Positions 51,151 through 63,200 of a stretch of DNA of 64,000 nt are shown in pieces. Made by a program: the position numbers and the translations under genes. Within the stretch, counting starts at the first letter, position 1; each line of letters opens with the position of its first letter. The stretch is taken from assembly GCF_036321535.1 (NCBI RefSeq), contig NC_087437.1, forward strand, positions 54,872,001 to 54,936,000, written 5' to 3'. The notes under the pieces are model-generated. The model searched no databases. It saw nothing but the letters and a program-made list of their open reading frames with translations, and was not told the origin of the DNA. The stretch is from Camelus dromedarius. Its lineage: Eukaryota.

Positions 51151-51624
51151 CATTGAACAGACAACCCCTAATAGGGTAGCAAGAGGAGCTTTGGGGGATC
51201 TGCGGTAGAGAGGCCCCTGAGCAAGGGAGGAGCAGTGCTGGCCAGAGGAAGGTGTGCGGTGGGAACTCACTGACCTGGACTCCCGTCACCCAGAAGCCTT
51301 GTGACTGGAGCCAATGACTAGCTGCGCAGACACCTCTGACAGCTAGGTGGGAAACGGATCTCACTGGAAGGCCCAGCTCACACGGTGGTTAGAAGAAAAT
51401 GCAGATGTGACACAGGTGTGGTTGTAAATCCTGAAAATCGATGCGAAAGTTCACTTTAATTTTTTTTTTAACTATCAGGACTATAATGGGAGCCCCTTTC
51501 TCTAAGATTGTGTTCTTTCACCTGTTTTTAATATCATGGCTATTCCTACATCTACTCTAGCCAAGCAAAGAGCATTTCTGTCTTTGTCATTATCTTACTT
51601 TAGTTTGCCACGACTTTTAATACT

Positions 51625-51626
<2 letters not shown>

Positions 51627-51689
<63 letters not shown>

Positions 51690-51690
51690 C

Positions 51691-51718
<28 letters not shown>
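51627..51718. repeat. Compound microsatellite: (TG)31 followed by imperfect (GA)n
   Basis: TG run 51627-51688, then an AG-rich run; read directly. Confidence 0.97.
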
Positions 51719-51721
<3 letters not shown>

Positions 51722-53209
51722 TATATTTAGCCTCAATGGGGAATTGGTGAATTTGTATGTACTCACAAATGTGTTCTATATGTGCTCTGTAAAGTCACTA
51801 TGTACCTTACACTTTTAAGCTTAAGCTTTCTCTTCCATCAGAGACAAAATTAATAATAATAATAATAATAGTAAGCAATTGTAATGGCTTATTTTGAAAA
51901 CCTTTTTTATTAAAATGCATTTCCTATTTCTGTCCTTCCATAGAGGCCATGCGAAGCATTTGAAACCTCTTGATGAGTCAAGGTCACCGTCCTGACCATC
52001 TATTGTTGTGCTCTGCTGGAACGCAGTAATCCCTCTCTCCTGTCCCCTCAGGCTGTCAGCTGCCATTTCTGCTGTCACTGCGCTGCCTCTCACAGTCTTT
52101 CCCACCACCTTCTAATGTTTATTGGTTCTAATCTCCTCTGGTATGAGGAAGCAGCGGCAAAATGGTCATTAAAATTGTTGGTGAATATGAGCCAATGAGC
52201 ACTGAATGCTTATTGCTCCCGAAGGAGCATCCATCAGAGCGAAGAATTATTCTGGCTTTATTTTTTTTTTTTTAATCGCTGTTTTACAAACACAGAGCTG
52301 AGGCTCCCCCTCCTTCATCGTCACCGTCTTTTTCCTTCCTCTTCCATCTCTCAAGGAAATGGGAGTTGTGGGCTCTGACAATATGCTTTCCTACCCTCTG
52401 CTCAGGTTTTGTTCTTAGATCCTAACAATTAGAGGAGTGTCTCTAAATTGAATCACTGCTGATTGTCTCAGTTCGCTGTGGCTTTAAGAACAAGCTGATC
52501 TGAAGCCACATACTGTTGGCAGCTTTCAGCCATTTATTTGGACTATCAAGCAAGAATGCTCACAATCTTTCAAATGAAAGAAGACATCTTTATTTCCAGT
52601 TCACACCCTTCGTAATAAGAAGGGTGTTTGAAATAAAGCCAAAAAGCATAACTTCTCTAACTTCATGTTACAGGAATGGAAGAACACTTTCTTACTTTAC
52701 TACCCGGCCTTCTCCCCAAATCAGCGGAAAATGACAGTGATGCCTTCAGGCTCAAACAGCTACAAGGGAAAAAAAGAGAATCATTTGCTTAAATTTATAG
52801 GAAAGGCCTCGGCTTTCCTGAAAGTCTGTCTTTAGGAAGTAAATAGAGGTGCCGACCCAAGAGAAGAAGATGCCTTTACTTGTCACTTAACTTCGAAGTC
52901 ATCTTTGAAAGGGCCGTTGTGCCTTTGTTACTGAAAAGGATAAGGGTTACCAAAAACTTTGCAACTGGGGAAGGCTTATTATGAGACACAGATCTCATTT
53001 CACTCTGGTTAAGACCAGAACTTGGAGGCTGCAGAACTAAGTTCCCCAGCAGAAGCGAGGACTTTCAGTTGCAGGGCAAGTGGAGCTGAGAACATTACGT
53101 GGGCTGATGGTCCACGCTGGGGCTGGCGGATACCCACGCCGTCCTCCCAGGTTCATTTCCCTTTTAGTTACTGGGAGCCAGTCCGGGTCCCAAGTCCACG
53201 TTAGGACAT

Positions 53210-53945
53210 GCTCCTACTGCTTCCCCCTTCCGTTCTGCCTGGGACAGCCCTCCCACCCCAGGCTTTGCCTCCCCCTCACCTCCGGGAGCTGCTTACTGAG
53301 CGGTTTCCCTCCCAAGTGGAAATGACCTCTCTGTGGGGAACCTCCGTGGCATTTGCCCTCCTCTTCTCTGTGACGGCTTTTATCACCATGTACCTAGGAT
53401 GGCGGTAACCAATGCAATGCCTTCTCTCCGTGCCCTCTGCAAGCTTCCTGAAGGCAGGAGCTGCTTCTAATGTATCCGCTTCCCTTATGAACCTGCACCC
53501 CAATGCAATTCTCAAAGTACACTTTTAACTAATAGTTGTGGAAGGAAGGAAAGAAGGAAGGAGGGAGAGAGGAAAGAAAGGATGCATTACAAGTACAGAA
53601 AGCTTACAGCTAGGGTTCTAATGCAATAGTGCTAAATAACGCTTTTGTATGCCATTTTACCATTTAGTTTGTTCCGCATGTATTTCCATAGCATCTGTCA
53701 CTTTGCTGATATTGTGTGCATGGGTGTATAGTGTCTATCTGCACATGTGTCTTTTTAACGAGTGTGTATATTGCTCCTGTCTCCCTCTCTCTCTCTCACC
53801 CGCACGCACGCATTGTGCACACAGGTAAACAAAAGCTCTCTGAGGGCAAGGACATTGTTGCATTTATGACTGTATCCCCAGCTCCTTGCATAGCGCCTGA
53901 CAAAGAGGGGGAAGTCAATAAACATTTGTTAGATGAGTGAATGAA
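53210..53945 (+). mobile_element. Two L2 3' fragments
   Basis: ctgcaagcttcctgaaggcaggagctg; aagctctctgagggcaaggac..ctgtatccccagctccttgcatagcgcctgaca..tcaataaacatttgttagatgagtgaatgaa. Confidence 0.75.
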
Positions 53946-53949
53946 GATA

Positions 53950-54100
53950 ATCACCTCTGGTCTTCGTCACAACTTTGTGGGGCGAATACAACACCAGGCT
54001 ATGTCTTCCTATTTTGCAGATAGCAAAACTGAGGCTTTGCGACCTCCCAAGGTTGCCTGGCTTGTTATTGGCAAAACCAAGGCTTGAGCTCAGATTTTCT
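53950..54100 (-). mobile_element. MIR SINE
   Basis: cctattttgcagatagcaaaactgaggct..gacctcccaaggt..ggcaaaaccaaggcttgagctcag. Confidence 0.75.
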
Positions 54101-54979
54101 GTTTCCATATTCTTTTCTTTCTGTCTTCTGGGAATCTGCTATATTAGTAGCAAAGCAAGAAATGTCACACGAGGAAAATTTGTTTCCAAATTTAAATGCA
54201 TGATGCGTACACAAGAAATCACTGACTTTCCGATCCAATGATAACACAGATTGTGTGATTTTTAGGAGGAAAGGCCTTTCTTTCCCATCCTCTTGCCTTT
54301 ATTAGCATATGTGTCAGTGCGCGCGCGTGCACACACACAATACAACTCGCAGCTTGTGCTTTTCCAGTCTCTTGTTACTCCCTCTTACAGGCCCTCCCTG
54401 CCCCGACCATCCCAGTGTCCGTCAGGGCCGCTGCTTGGTCAGGCCAAGGCCACGCGACACGCAGCAGAGTTGTTATGATCCATTTGCCAAGTGCAGAGGG
54501 CTAGTGGGGAGTGCAACAGCCGGCAGTTCAGGAGTGGCACCAGGCTGGGCTGTTGTCAAAAGTTTATGTTCACATTGGCAAACAGAGTAAATATCCACAC
54601 AAATTACTGAATTGTACTGAGTGTCCCAGGGATGTCAGCAATCACCGTGAGATCCAAGTGAAATACCATTTTTTACTGAAACCGAAGCCAGGCACCACAC
54701 GCCGTCTCCCTCTCTCCATGCAGACAGATTTGGTGCGTACACATCAGCCGGGAGAGGACACCCCTCAGGGCCCTAACGCGTGGAAGGAAATGGAAACACT
54801 TGGCAGCAAAACTGAGGCATAGCAACAGTCACTTTCTATTCTCAGGCACTGCTCTGTTTTCTTTTATCTTAGATCAGGCTGACTACAAAGGGGAGGAAGG
54901 TATACAGTGATACAGACGCCTGCATTAAAGTGCGAGAGAAAACAAGCATCGCTTGTACCGAAGCCCATGCGGGGAGAGA

Positions 54980-55374
54980 TGAGTCAGTAAAACCATACAA
55001 AGGAGCTCTTGAGTCTCGCATTGTCACAGACTCTGCGGCAGTGGCAGTGGGTAGCCCACGACCTCCCCAGGCCTCTTTTCTTGTTCACTCAGACAGAAAG
55101 GGGTGAAAGGGTGTCTGCACACATTCAGGAGTCTGATTCCCCACTTGCCCGTGAGTCAGGCTGCAGTCCACGCACTTGGGCTGCTCGGTCCCTTTTCCTT
55201 TCTCATAAATGACTCAGGAGACTCGCTGGAGCCCCAAGTGTGCTCCTCTTTCCGGAATTACTGCTGTGGAAGTGCACGTCCTCCGAGCTTGCTGGCTTCG
55301 CCCAGTGAAACACGCCTCCGCTGTGACTGCGCCTCCTGCGTGGGGTTTGCAGAGATGGGCTGTCGGGGTTTCCC
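54980..55374. promoter_or_regulatory. Candidate inducible enhancer: three AP-1 sites plus an NF-kB site
   Basis: TGAGTCA 54980-54986, TGAGTCA 55152-55158, TGACTCA 55210-55216 and GGGGTTTCCC 55365-55374, in a repeat-poor, CpG-richer block. Motif evidence only. Confidence 0.35.
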
Positions 55375-57009
55375 ACTCGTCCATGACTCGAAGTTTCTAT
55401 TTCCACATTTTGACTGCCAGTTCTATATTTGGTCAAAATCCTGCTTTTTGCCTGGTTTCCTAGGGAAACAGAGTGTCAAACTGCTGCCTTTTGTCCATCT
55501 GCCTTGCCCGCTTGGGTTTTTGGTGGTGCAGTCTGATTATTTCCTAATCTGACAGAAAGGCACAAGGCCCAAACTGAGGGCAAAACCCTTGAAATTTCTT
55601 AACATAAGTTGATGAAAACGAATGAATGGTCGGTTAGGAAATCACAGTCACTTTAGGGGGTAGGGAGGACAGTGTTTGTGTGTTTCTCGTCTGTATGTTT
55701 ACAGCAAGTAAGCCAATAAGCAAGCAGTGTGTGTGGTGGGGGGATTAAGAAGTCTTATTCTATAGATGCAAAGACATTACACGTAAAATATAAGCAGACA
55801 CAGTAACATCCCTGCAGGGACCATCCAGTCAGAGGTATCAGCTATCGTGCAGTTAAGCTCCAAAGTCAGGAAATCTGCGTTTTTGTGTCATTTTAATCTC
55901 AGGCTAGTTCTTATCAACACAAGGACCTCGTTTTCCTTTTGGAATTAGGACCCCTCGTGCTGAAGACTCTGTCCACAAACTGCATTTATTAAGGAAATGT
56001 GCGTTCCTTTTTCCAGTTTTTCTATTCTGAGCACATACACATCAACCAATCAGAACTGTGTAGAGCAATGTAACCAATGTCACTACTACACTGAGTTGAT
56101 AATCTATCAATTAACAGTCTAACTCCAGATAAATGTTTGTATATATTTAGGCTTTTTACAATTTGAAATCAACCTGAAGCTTTATTATACAGGTATCGTG
56201 GGCACACCAGTCTCTGGGGGCAATAAATGGAGAACCAGGAACCTAGACAGCTTCTGAAGTCTTCTCCAGGTTCTCAGTTGCTAAATTCTCTCTCGAACTT
56301 TTTTGGGGAGAGAAAGCTGCCAGAGAAGAAGAAGGAAATATGCCTTCTTACATTACGGAACATACATGTTGACCTTGCCCATGGAGTTAGGTCAGTGGGT
56401 CTAATGCCTGCCAGGTTCTTGGATATACCTAGGATAATTCTGTATTCCTGAAGTCATCGGGGAGCCAGGTCCTTCACTGGGGCTCATGGATAGACTGTCT
56501 GGGGGAGCAGCTGTCCAGGTCTTTTTTGAGTACATTGTCACACACCTAGCATTGGAAACAAAGCCCTCAGCGGATAGAATCTGTTGTTTCACTTAATTAC
56601 TTTTCAAGATGCCATTACCAAAAATTTTATGTAAATACATATTTTATTCCCTGAGGCATGTTAATATGAGACCAAAATTATACAACATTGCAAGGAAAAC
56701 AAAATTTCCCTTTTGCTAGTTTTCGCTATATACCATTGAGAACATGCTAGAGGGTAAAAAAGATGTTCAAACTTAGCCAGGGCCTCTTTCTTTGCTGTTC
56801 AGTTTGCAGAACCACAGGAATGTGGTATTGATATTCAATAGTTGAACACAATTCAATTCAATGAACATTCACCGTTTGCCTTCTCTAGGTCAGGTGCTGG
56901 GTCCATGTTGTAGAAGTCTGGACACGACTAATGAAGCAAACACTCAAGAGTTCGCATAATGTGCCACAAGCATGTAACCACACCACTGGCTAGACAGTAG
57001 TTGTTGCCA

Positions 57010-57255
57010 CATAAGAAATACTTATTTATTTACCGAGTACTTATACTGCACTTCTTGTCTGTCAAGTACAGTTCTATGTAGTTTATTAACTCACATCATC
57101 CTCGGAACAGCCTTTTGAAATGTGAGTGCTGTCATTATCTCCCTTTTTCACTGATGCACAGCGAGGGTAAGTAACCTGCCCAGAGTCACACAGTTAATAG
57201 CAATGGGTCCAGGCAGTAGGCGCAAGTGTGCATGCTCTTAACCACTCTGTGCTGC
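57010..57255 (-). mobile_element. MIR SINE
   Basis: tttaccgagtacttatact..attatctcccttttt..gagggtaagtaacctgcccagagtcacacagttaatag..catgctcttaaccactctg. Confidence 0.85.
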
Positions 57256-57489
57256 TCTGAGAGGCAAGAGGAGAAAGAAGTTGCTTAGCATTCTGTGGAT
57301 CAAGGAATGAGGCACCTGAAGGAGCATTTGAAGTCTAGTAGCACTAACCCTCCAGAGGATGTTTGGGAATGCCTGGCCCTTGGCGTTCATCCCAGTGGAC
57401 ATAATATGGATGGTAGGCTTGAAGTGGAAAATGGCCTCTGTGGTTGTGTTGAGAGAACAGTAGTGGAAGATAAGGTTGAAAATAAAGCT

Positions 57490-57550
57490 TAGTGCCAGAA
57501 TAGGAGGGACTTTGAAAGTCAGAGATCTTATCCACCTCATCTAATTTGTC
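57490..57550 (-). mobile_element. MIR3/L3-type terminal fragment
   Basis: agaataggagggactttgaaagtcagagatcttatcc. Confidence 0.4.
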
Positions 57551-58394
57551 TCCATGGGGCCACTAGGCAGTTGTAGGTCTGAGACCAGCATGGCGAGCAG
57601 AGCACGGCTGTGTCCACTGCAGCACTCTGCTCCGGGTCAGGAAGCTCACTGCCAACACCTGCGGCCCTTAGAGCACCCTCAGCTGCATAAACCCAGTGTA
57701 CAAACTGGACTACTTTCCGAAGAAGTACTCGCCTCTCCACTGGCGAAGGAAGCTTCTCAAATTCAACCCATTTACTTTGGTACAACCCACGCCCCATTGG
57801 AACCAAGGAATTCTGAGTTACAGACATTTATTTTTGCTCCCTTGGTCAACCTTCTCTACTATTCTTAAAGAATTTCTGGGTCACCCCTTCCTGGGTAGGG
57901 ATAAGTGTCCACTGAGAAGAGGATAGCCAGGAGAAGGAGCCCACCGGAGGGGTGCCCTTTAGCAGGGCACAGTGCTGAGGAAAGCCTCTGCCCCCCCACC
58001 TTCCCCGGGGCTGCAGCCGCTCTTCCTTCCCCCTCGGAGCTGGCTCGATCAGCCAGCAGCGTGAGCCCACTGCCTGGGAGCTGCACAGCTTACCTTTTCA
58101 CATGCCTCTTGAATCTTTTGGAAACACACTTGATATCACGGCCTGCACTGAGTGTAGCCGCCATGCTTACTTTGTCACCTATGCTTTAAAAATATCTTAA
58201 TTTAGCAACTGATTTTCCTCTACAGATTTTCTTTCCTCCCCCAACCACCTCCTCCCTTTTCTTCACTCATTTAGCCTTCATTTAGGCCAGGGCCAGGGAT
58301 ATTATCAGGCACCTGAACAGGTCCCAAGGATGACTTCTTACTCTTGGGGTCAAATATTCCCATCCTGAGGTCTCATTTTCCCTCCATCTTTGTG

Positions 58395-58650
58395 AAGACA
58401 GTGATGCAGTCAGGGTGTCGCCACAGCTAACGTATATGATTACCGGCTTTGGAGCCACGCAGCCCTGGGCCAGAGTGTATCATCCATTGTTCACTTCATT
58501 GAGCCTCAGTTTCTTCATCTGTACAATGGGGATGTTAACTATACTTGCCTCACAGGGATTTCTGGACTAAATGCAATAATCTGTATAAAATATATAGCCC
58601 AGTGCCTGCACACTCTAAGTGTCCAATAAATGTAGCCATGATTATTATTG
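58395..58650 (+). mobile_element. MIR (MIRb-like) SINE
   Basis: tgagcctcagtttcttcatctgtacaatggggat..acttgcctcacaggg..agtgcctgcaca..caataaatgtagccatgattattatt. Confidence 0.88.
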
Positions 58651-58959
58651 AAAACAGCATGAAGCTTTGAGGATGAATCATACCAGTCAAGGTACATGGC
58701 TCTTCTCTGGATGATTTTATTGTAGCCGCAGACCTGTACCAAAGGCAGTAATAATAAAGGGAAGTCATAGAAAGTGCGAGGCTCTTTTAAACTAAGGTGG
58801 TGGCCCCAGCTTGTCCACATGGCCACTCTTGCAGCTCTTACCCTGATGGATGTCTCTGGGGAGAAATCTAATGGGCATGATGGATGCAGGGGGCACAGAT
58901 GCTTCCCTGCAGAATGCAAGGCAGTAAACAAGAGAGAAGCTGACTTGGTGTATGACTCC

Positions 58960-59152
58960 CAGTGTTCAAACCAGCACTCGCTCTTGTCCCCACGTGCTTG
59001 TCAGAATCATCTGGGAAGCCTTTTAACCACACCAGTTCCTGAGATTCACCCCCAGAGATGCTGATTTAATTGTTCTTGGGTGGGGAGTGGGCATTATTAT
59101 TTTATAAGCTTCCCGGGTGATTCTGATGGACAGCCAGGCTTGAGAACCCCTG
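58960..59152 (+). mobile_element. MER5A hAT-Charlie DNA transposon
   Basis: cagtgttc..tcagaatcatctgggaagc..cccagagatgctgatttaatt..taagcttcccgggtgattctgatggacagccaggcttgagaacccctg, with internal inverted symmetry. Confidence 0.88.
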
Positions 59153-60314
59153 ACTTAGTGGATGGGCCAGCCGAGGGAGGAAATGGAAACACTCTGCCGG
59201 CAACCACGAGACGAATCAACACGGGACACGCTCACCAAGCGCTCAGCGAGCTGGGACGCTGCTTCTGTCTGCTCTCTCATCTCAGTGCCGCATTTGCAGG
59301 CAGTACAAAAAGGGGGGCAGGGGGAGACATCAACATCAAGGATGTGAAAGTTGCTTCTAATCTTCAAATAGACTTTAGGCAGGGGCTTTCAGACTTTAGT
59401 CTGGGGACCAGCAGAGGCACCTGGTATATGTGTGCTGAGGTGAAATAGATGTACAGATGTGAGAACTCAGTGTCGGGCTCCATGAAAGGACAGAGGTTTT
59501 CTTAGCTTTACTTGCTGTCAAAATAATAAAGGAATTTTGTGGCTTTCTTAGAAGTTTTTAGAGCTGTATGCTTGGTTACAGCTTGTCTCTTTTCTCCACG
59601 CTTTCTTATTTCCAGTTTCCAAATTACGGGAATTCATCAGGTTCAGTTCCAGCTGCCTCATTTTAGAGACATCTGACAGCCTGATAGGAGCAGACCTCTT
59701 CTGTCCTCGGGCCGTGCACCACAGTCTACTCAATACCAAGGTCAAGGATGGAAGGACCAACTTAGGAGTGTCTCCAAATTTCTTACTGTCTCTTTCTGAC
59801 TTCTTGACCAAAACCTGGAATATTCTCATGCAACCCTGCCTAACCAGGTGTCTTATTTTCAAAGATGGCTGAAGTTTCTTCTTTTTGAAAACTTAGTTCT
59901 TACCTTAACTGCCCCAGGCACCACTGCAGAGGAACCATGACCTTGCTGAGAGCCACTGCATGCCAAATGAGACTTAATTTTCCCTAAGTACTTAGGAGAA
60001 GAAAAACAATGTATATGATGGGCTTTTGGCCCGTACCCATATCCTTTAGGAGAAGATAGAATTTGGCACAGCTCATATTCCGATTTAAAGAAAAATGTTT
60101 TGTTCTGATGTCATTTGTCTAATTAGTAGTAAAAAGGGATTGAATTTTTCCTATGCAATGTCATCTAGCCTTTGAGATTTTAAAGTAGGATGGTTCCAAT
60201 CAACTGTCTTCTGTGAAGCCTCCTAATGGATATATCTAACCTTGGTGTTCACAAGGCATGATTATATTCAGGGCAAATACATAGCATAGATCTATCCCTT
60301 CCCATATGTGTTTG

Positions 60315-60740
60315 TTCATTCATTGAACATCAGTTGAGTACCATCGAGATGCCCAGGTGGTCGGAGGATAGGGAGGTGGTGTACAGGGCACGTGGAGGGG
60401 ATCAGATTGTGGAAGTTGAGGCTGCGAAGGCAGGACCGCAAAGAACTTTTTAAAGTAATTCTCAGGGAATTGGCAAAGAGCAGCCAGCAGAGGTGTGTGA
60501 GAACAGAGAACTGATGCAATGAGACTTGTATTTTAAGAGACAAAACATCTGGTGATGGTTTATCCATTCAGCAGACACTGATTGAGCACCTTCTGCATGG
60601 CAGATACCACACTTGGCTCTGAAGATACAAGAAAGAATTTTAAAAAATGGCCCTTGCCCTCAAGGAGCTCACAGTCTATTGAGTTGCCTTTCTGCCTTTC
60701 CCACTAGATTTTGAGCTCCTGGAGGGCAGGCACGTTTGTT
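60315..60740. mobile_element. Cluster of L2 3' fragments in both orientations
   Basis: ttcattcattgaac..gagtacc; attgagcaccttctgcatggcag..gccctcaaggagctcacagtcta; cccactagattttgagctcctggagggcagg. Confidence 0.7.
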
Positions 60741-60744
60741 CAAC

Positions 60745-60975
60745 TGAAAAAAAGTGCAAGTTTCAGAGTTAAACCTGGATTACAATCTCACTCTGTTATT
60801 TTCTCTACATGCCCCTCAGTAACTGATCTGTAAATCAGGGCTAAAAGTGCCTGCCTCACTGAGGATATGGAAAGATTAAATGGGTGGATAGGATGCACTC
60901 GGCATCTCTGGAGCTTTGTAAATCTGTTCCTTTCTTTATCACATTGCCTAGCACATGGTAGGCATTCAGTATACG
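60745..60975 (+). mobile_element. MIR fragment
   Basis: cagagttaaacctggatt..atctgtaaatc..cctgcctcac..aagattaaatgg..gcctagcacatggtaggcattcagta. Confidence 0.6.
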
Positions 60976-61369
60976 TCTGCTGTCTGTCTGGAGGGCCTGT
61001 GTACTCTGGAGCCTGAGGGTTGGGGACATTTCAGCCTGTGTTCTGTAGCTAGCAGATTCCTTCTTGGCTCTGTCAGTGGTCAAATTGCTTACTCTAGGCT
61101 GTGAACTACAGTCAGGACTTGTGTTGGGTTCTGAATCCTTAGTTCCTGAATCTCAGGCATGCATTTTGCAAAAAGTCAGACCCAAAGTCAAAGGAAAATG
61201 ATGAAATTTTCTCTGGGTCCAAAATGCTAACATTTGACCAAGGACAACAAATCTTGGCAGGAGAAGTTGACTTGCTTGTGCTTGTATAATCAGCTGTCTT
61301 TGCAAGTGATTGAGTCCTTCTCACTGAGGCTTAAAGACGTGATGTTGGCTGTCCCTGGCCTTTGTGTGA

Positions 61370-61530
61370 CGTTTCGTTGTTTTCAGAACATTTTCACAAT
61401 TCATGATCTCATTGCTAATAAAATCTGAGGTCCACAAGGTACGAATTCATACTCTGCACTATGTTCATTCAGTCTCTAGGGAGATTGACACCTGCAGAAG
61501 GAAACTGACTTGCTCAAAGTCATCTAGGTA
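61370..61530 (-). mobile_element. MIR fragment
   Basis: acattttcacaattcatgatctcatt..gaaactgacttgctcaaagtcatctag. Confidence 0.5.
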
Positions 61531-61829
61531 TTTGTGCTATGTGTTTGTAAGACGTTTGCTGTTACATCAGAGAAACCATGAGAAAGGTATCAGTACTTCT
61601 TTGTCTTGTCTTCTTAGCACATGGTGGTGTATCAGGAGATCTGAGTTCATTTTTTGGCTCAGTGTGTGAGTTTAGGAAATGCAGAATGGGATTCTTAAGA
61701 TTGATAGGTTCCTCTGACCTGTGAAATCACTGTGTCTCTTCCCCTGACTGATCACAAGGTAAACCTATTCCATCATAGGCCATGTCATCTATTCTTGATA
61801 TTGTCAATATTTACATTTGACCAACCCTT

Positions 61830-62010
61830 AAAGATTTATAGAGTGCTTCCAATCATAATATCTTTAAATCTACCCACCTGGTCCAGAATAGGCAAGTGAG
61901 GTCTAGAGAGATTATGTGGCATGTGCTAGGTCATGTGACTAGTATGTGGTCGATTTAGGGCTGAAATCCTAGTCCTCGGCTTCTGAGTCCCACGTTTGCT
62001 ATGGCACATG
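61830..62010 (-). mobile_element. MIR3-like fragment
   Basis: gtgaggtctagagagattatgtggcatgtgctaggtcatgtgactagta..gggctgaaatcctagtcctcggcttctgagtcc. Confidence 0.55.
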
Positions 62011-62474
62011 ACACCCAGTCTCCATCTGATCGCCTTGCTGTCTCCTGTGGGTTGGGCTTTTCCTTTGGAAGTTAGAACTGAGTAAACCTCAACCTATAAG
62101 CTTCTAAATTTGCCGTAGCCATGCTGGTATGAAGCACCCTTCAACGTGAAAAATACGTTGCTTCAAAGGGACTGCTCCAACTTGTTGAAAGAGAAATTTC
62201 CATTTGTTTCCCAATTTTACCTCTAGTTTTTTTAATGTCCCCCAAAATGTTCCAAGTTTCTTTAACCTACAAGTTGGAAGTGAGAGGTTGGCCTAATTTC
62301 TGTGTTCCCTTCAAGCACAAGCAATAGCACATTTTAAAAGATGATAAATAACGGTGTGAAATATAGATGGGTTCTATAAATACTCACCGAAGTCCCTGTA
62401 GTCAGAGCCAGGTGGAATAAGAGAATAGTCACAGCCTGCTTCTCTCCTTCCATGTCACCCTCCCTCTTCTCCAG

Positions 62475-62700
62475 GGAGTTTCGTGGTCAAGAGCACAAGC
62501 ACTGGAGCCGGCCAGACCAGGATCTGAGTCATGGCTTTTCCTGTCCCACCTGCAAGACTTCAGACAATCTACTCAGCTTCCCTGGGCCTCTGTTATCCTC
62601 ATGTGTAGAAAGAGGTCTGATGATACCCTATGTAATTTGTAGAACATTCATTTAGTACAATGCCTTCACCTTTTTGGTTGGTAATTATGGTTACCTCTTA
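62475..62700 (+). mobile_element. MIR SINE
   Basis: gtggtcaagagcacaagcactggagcc..tcagcttccctgggcctctgttatcctcatgtgtagaa. Confidence 0.7.
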
Positions 62701-63029
62701 TCGCTGTGTTTATCTTCATCCAACATCCTTTTTTTAATTTTTTTTTTAAGGATATGTCTAGCCACGTCTTCTCCATAGAGGAGAAACAGTGTTCCTATGT
62801 CTGACGACAGTTCACGCTGCTGGGCCGTGGGGCATTTAGCGTTTCTGATTGTACCCTCCCCTCTCTAATCCAAGTGCTGACTGACGCCATGCCTGCCACC
62901 TTGAGCCTGCTCAGTAAATACGATCTGGATAAACAAATTTCAACTTTTAGTTATGAGAGCAACATAAAACATAGCCGAAGTTTAGAAAACAGAGAAGAGA
63001 AAACAGACACCCAGAATGCAGCACTTACA

Positions 63030-63200
63030 GTAGCACACGGGGGTAGCAGGCACGGCCACAAACTGTCGTCGTGTTTGAATCCTGGCCGCAATGCCTGAGC
63101 TCTCTACATACAATCCAGGGCTTCAGTGTCTCCACCGCTGAGCAAGGGCAGTAGGAGGAACTGCCTAAGCAGGGGAGTGAGGGATGAGGTGCATTGAAGC
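63030..63200 (+). mobile_element. MIR fragment
   Basis: gtttgaatcctggccg..gggcttcagtgtctccaccgctgag..gagtgagggatgag. Confidence 0.5.

Noticed and set aside
57941..57956. CTCF-like motif CCACCGGAGGGGTGCC
   Set aside because: It mismatches the CCASYAGRKGGC core at two high-information positions.
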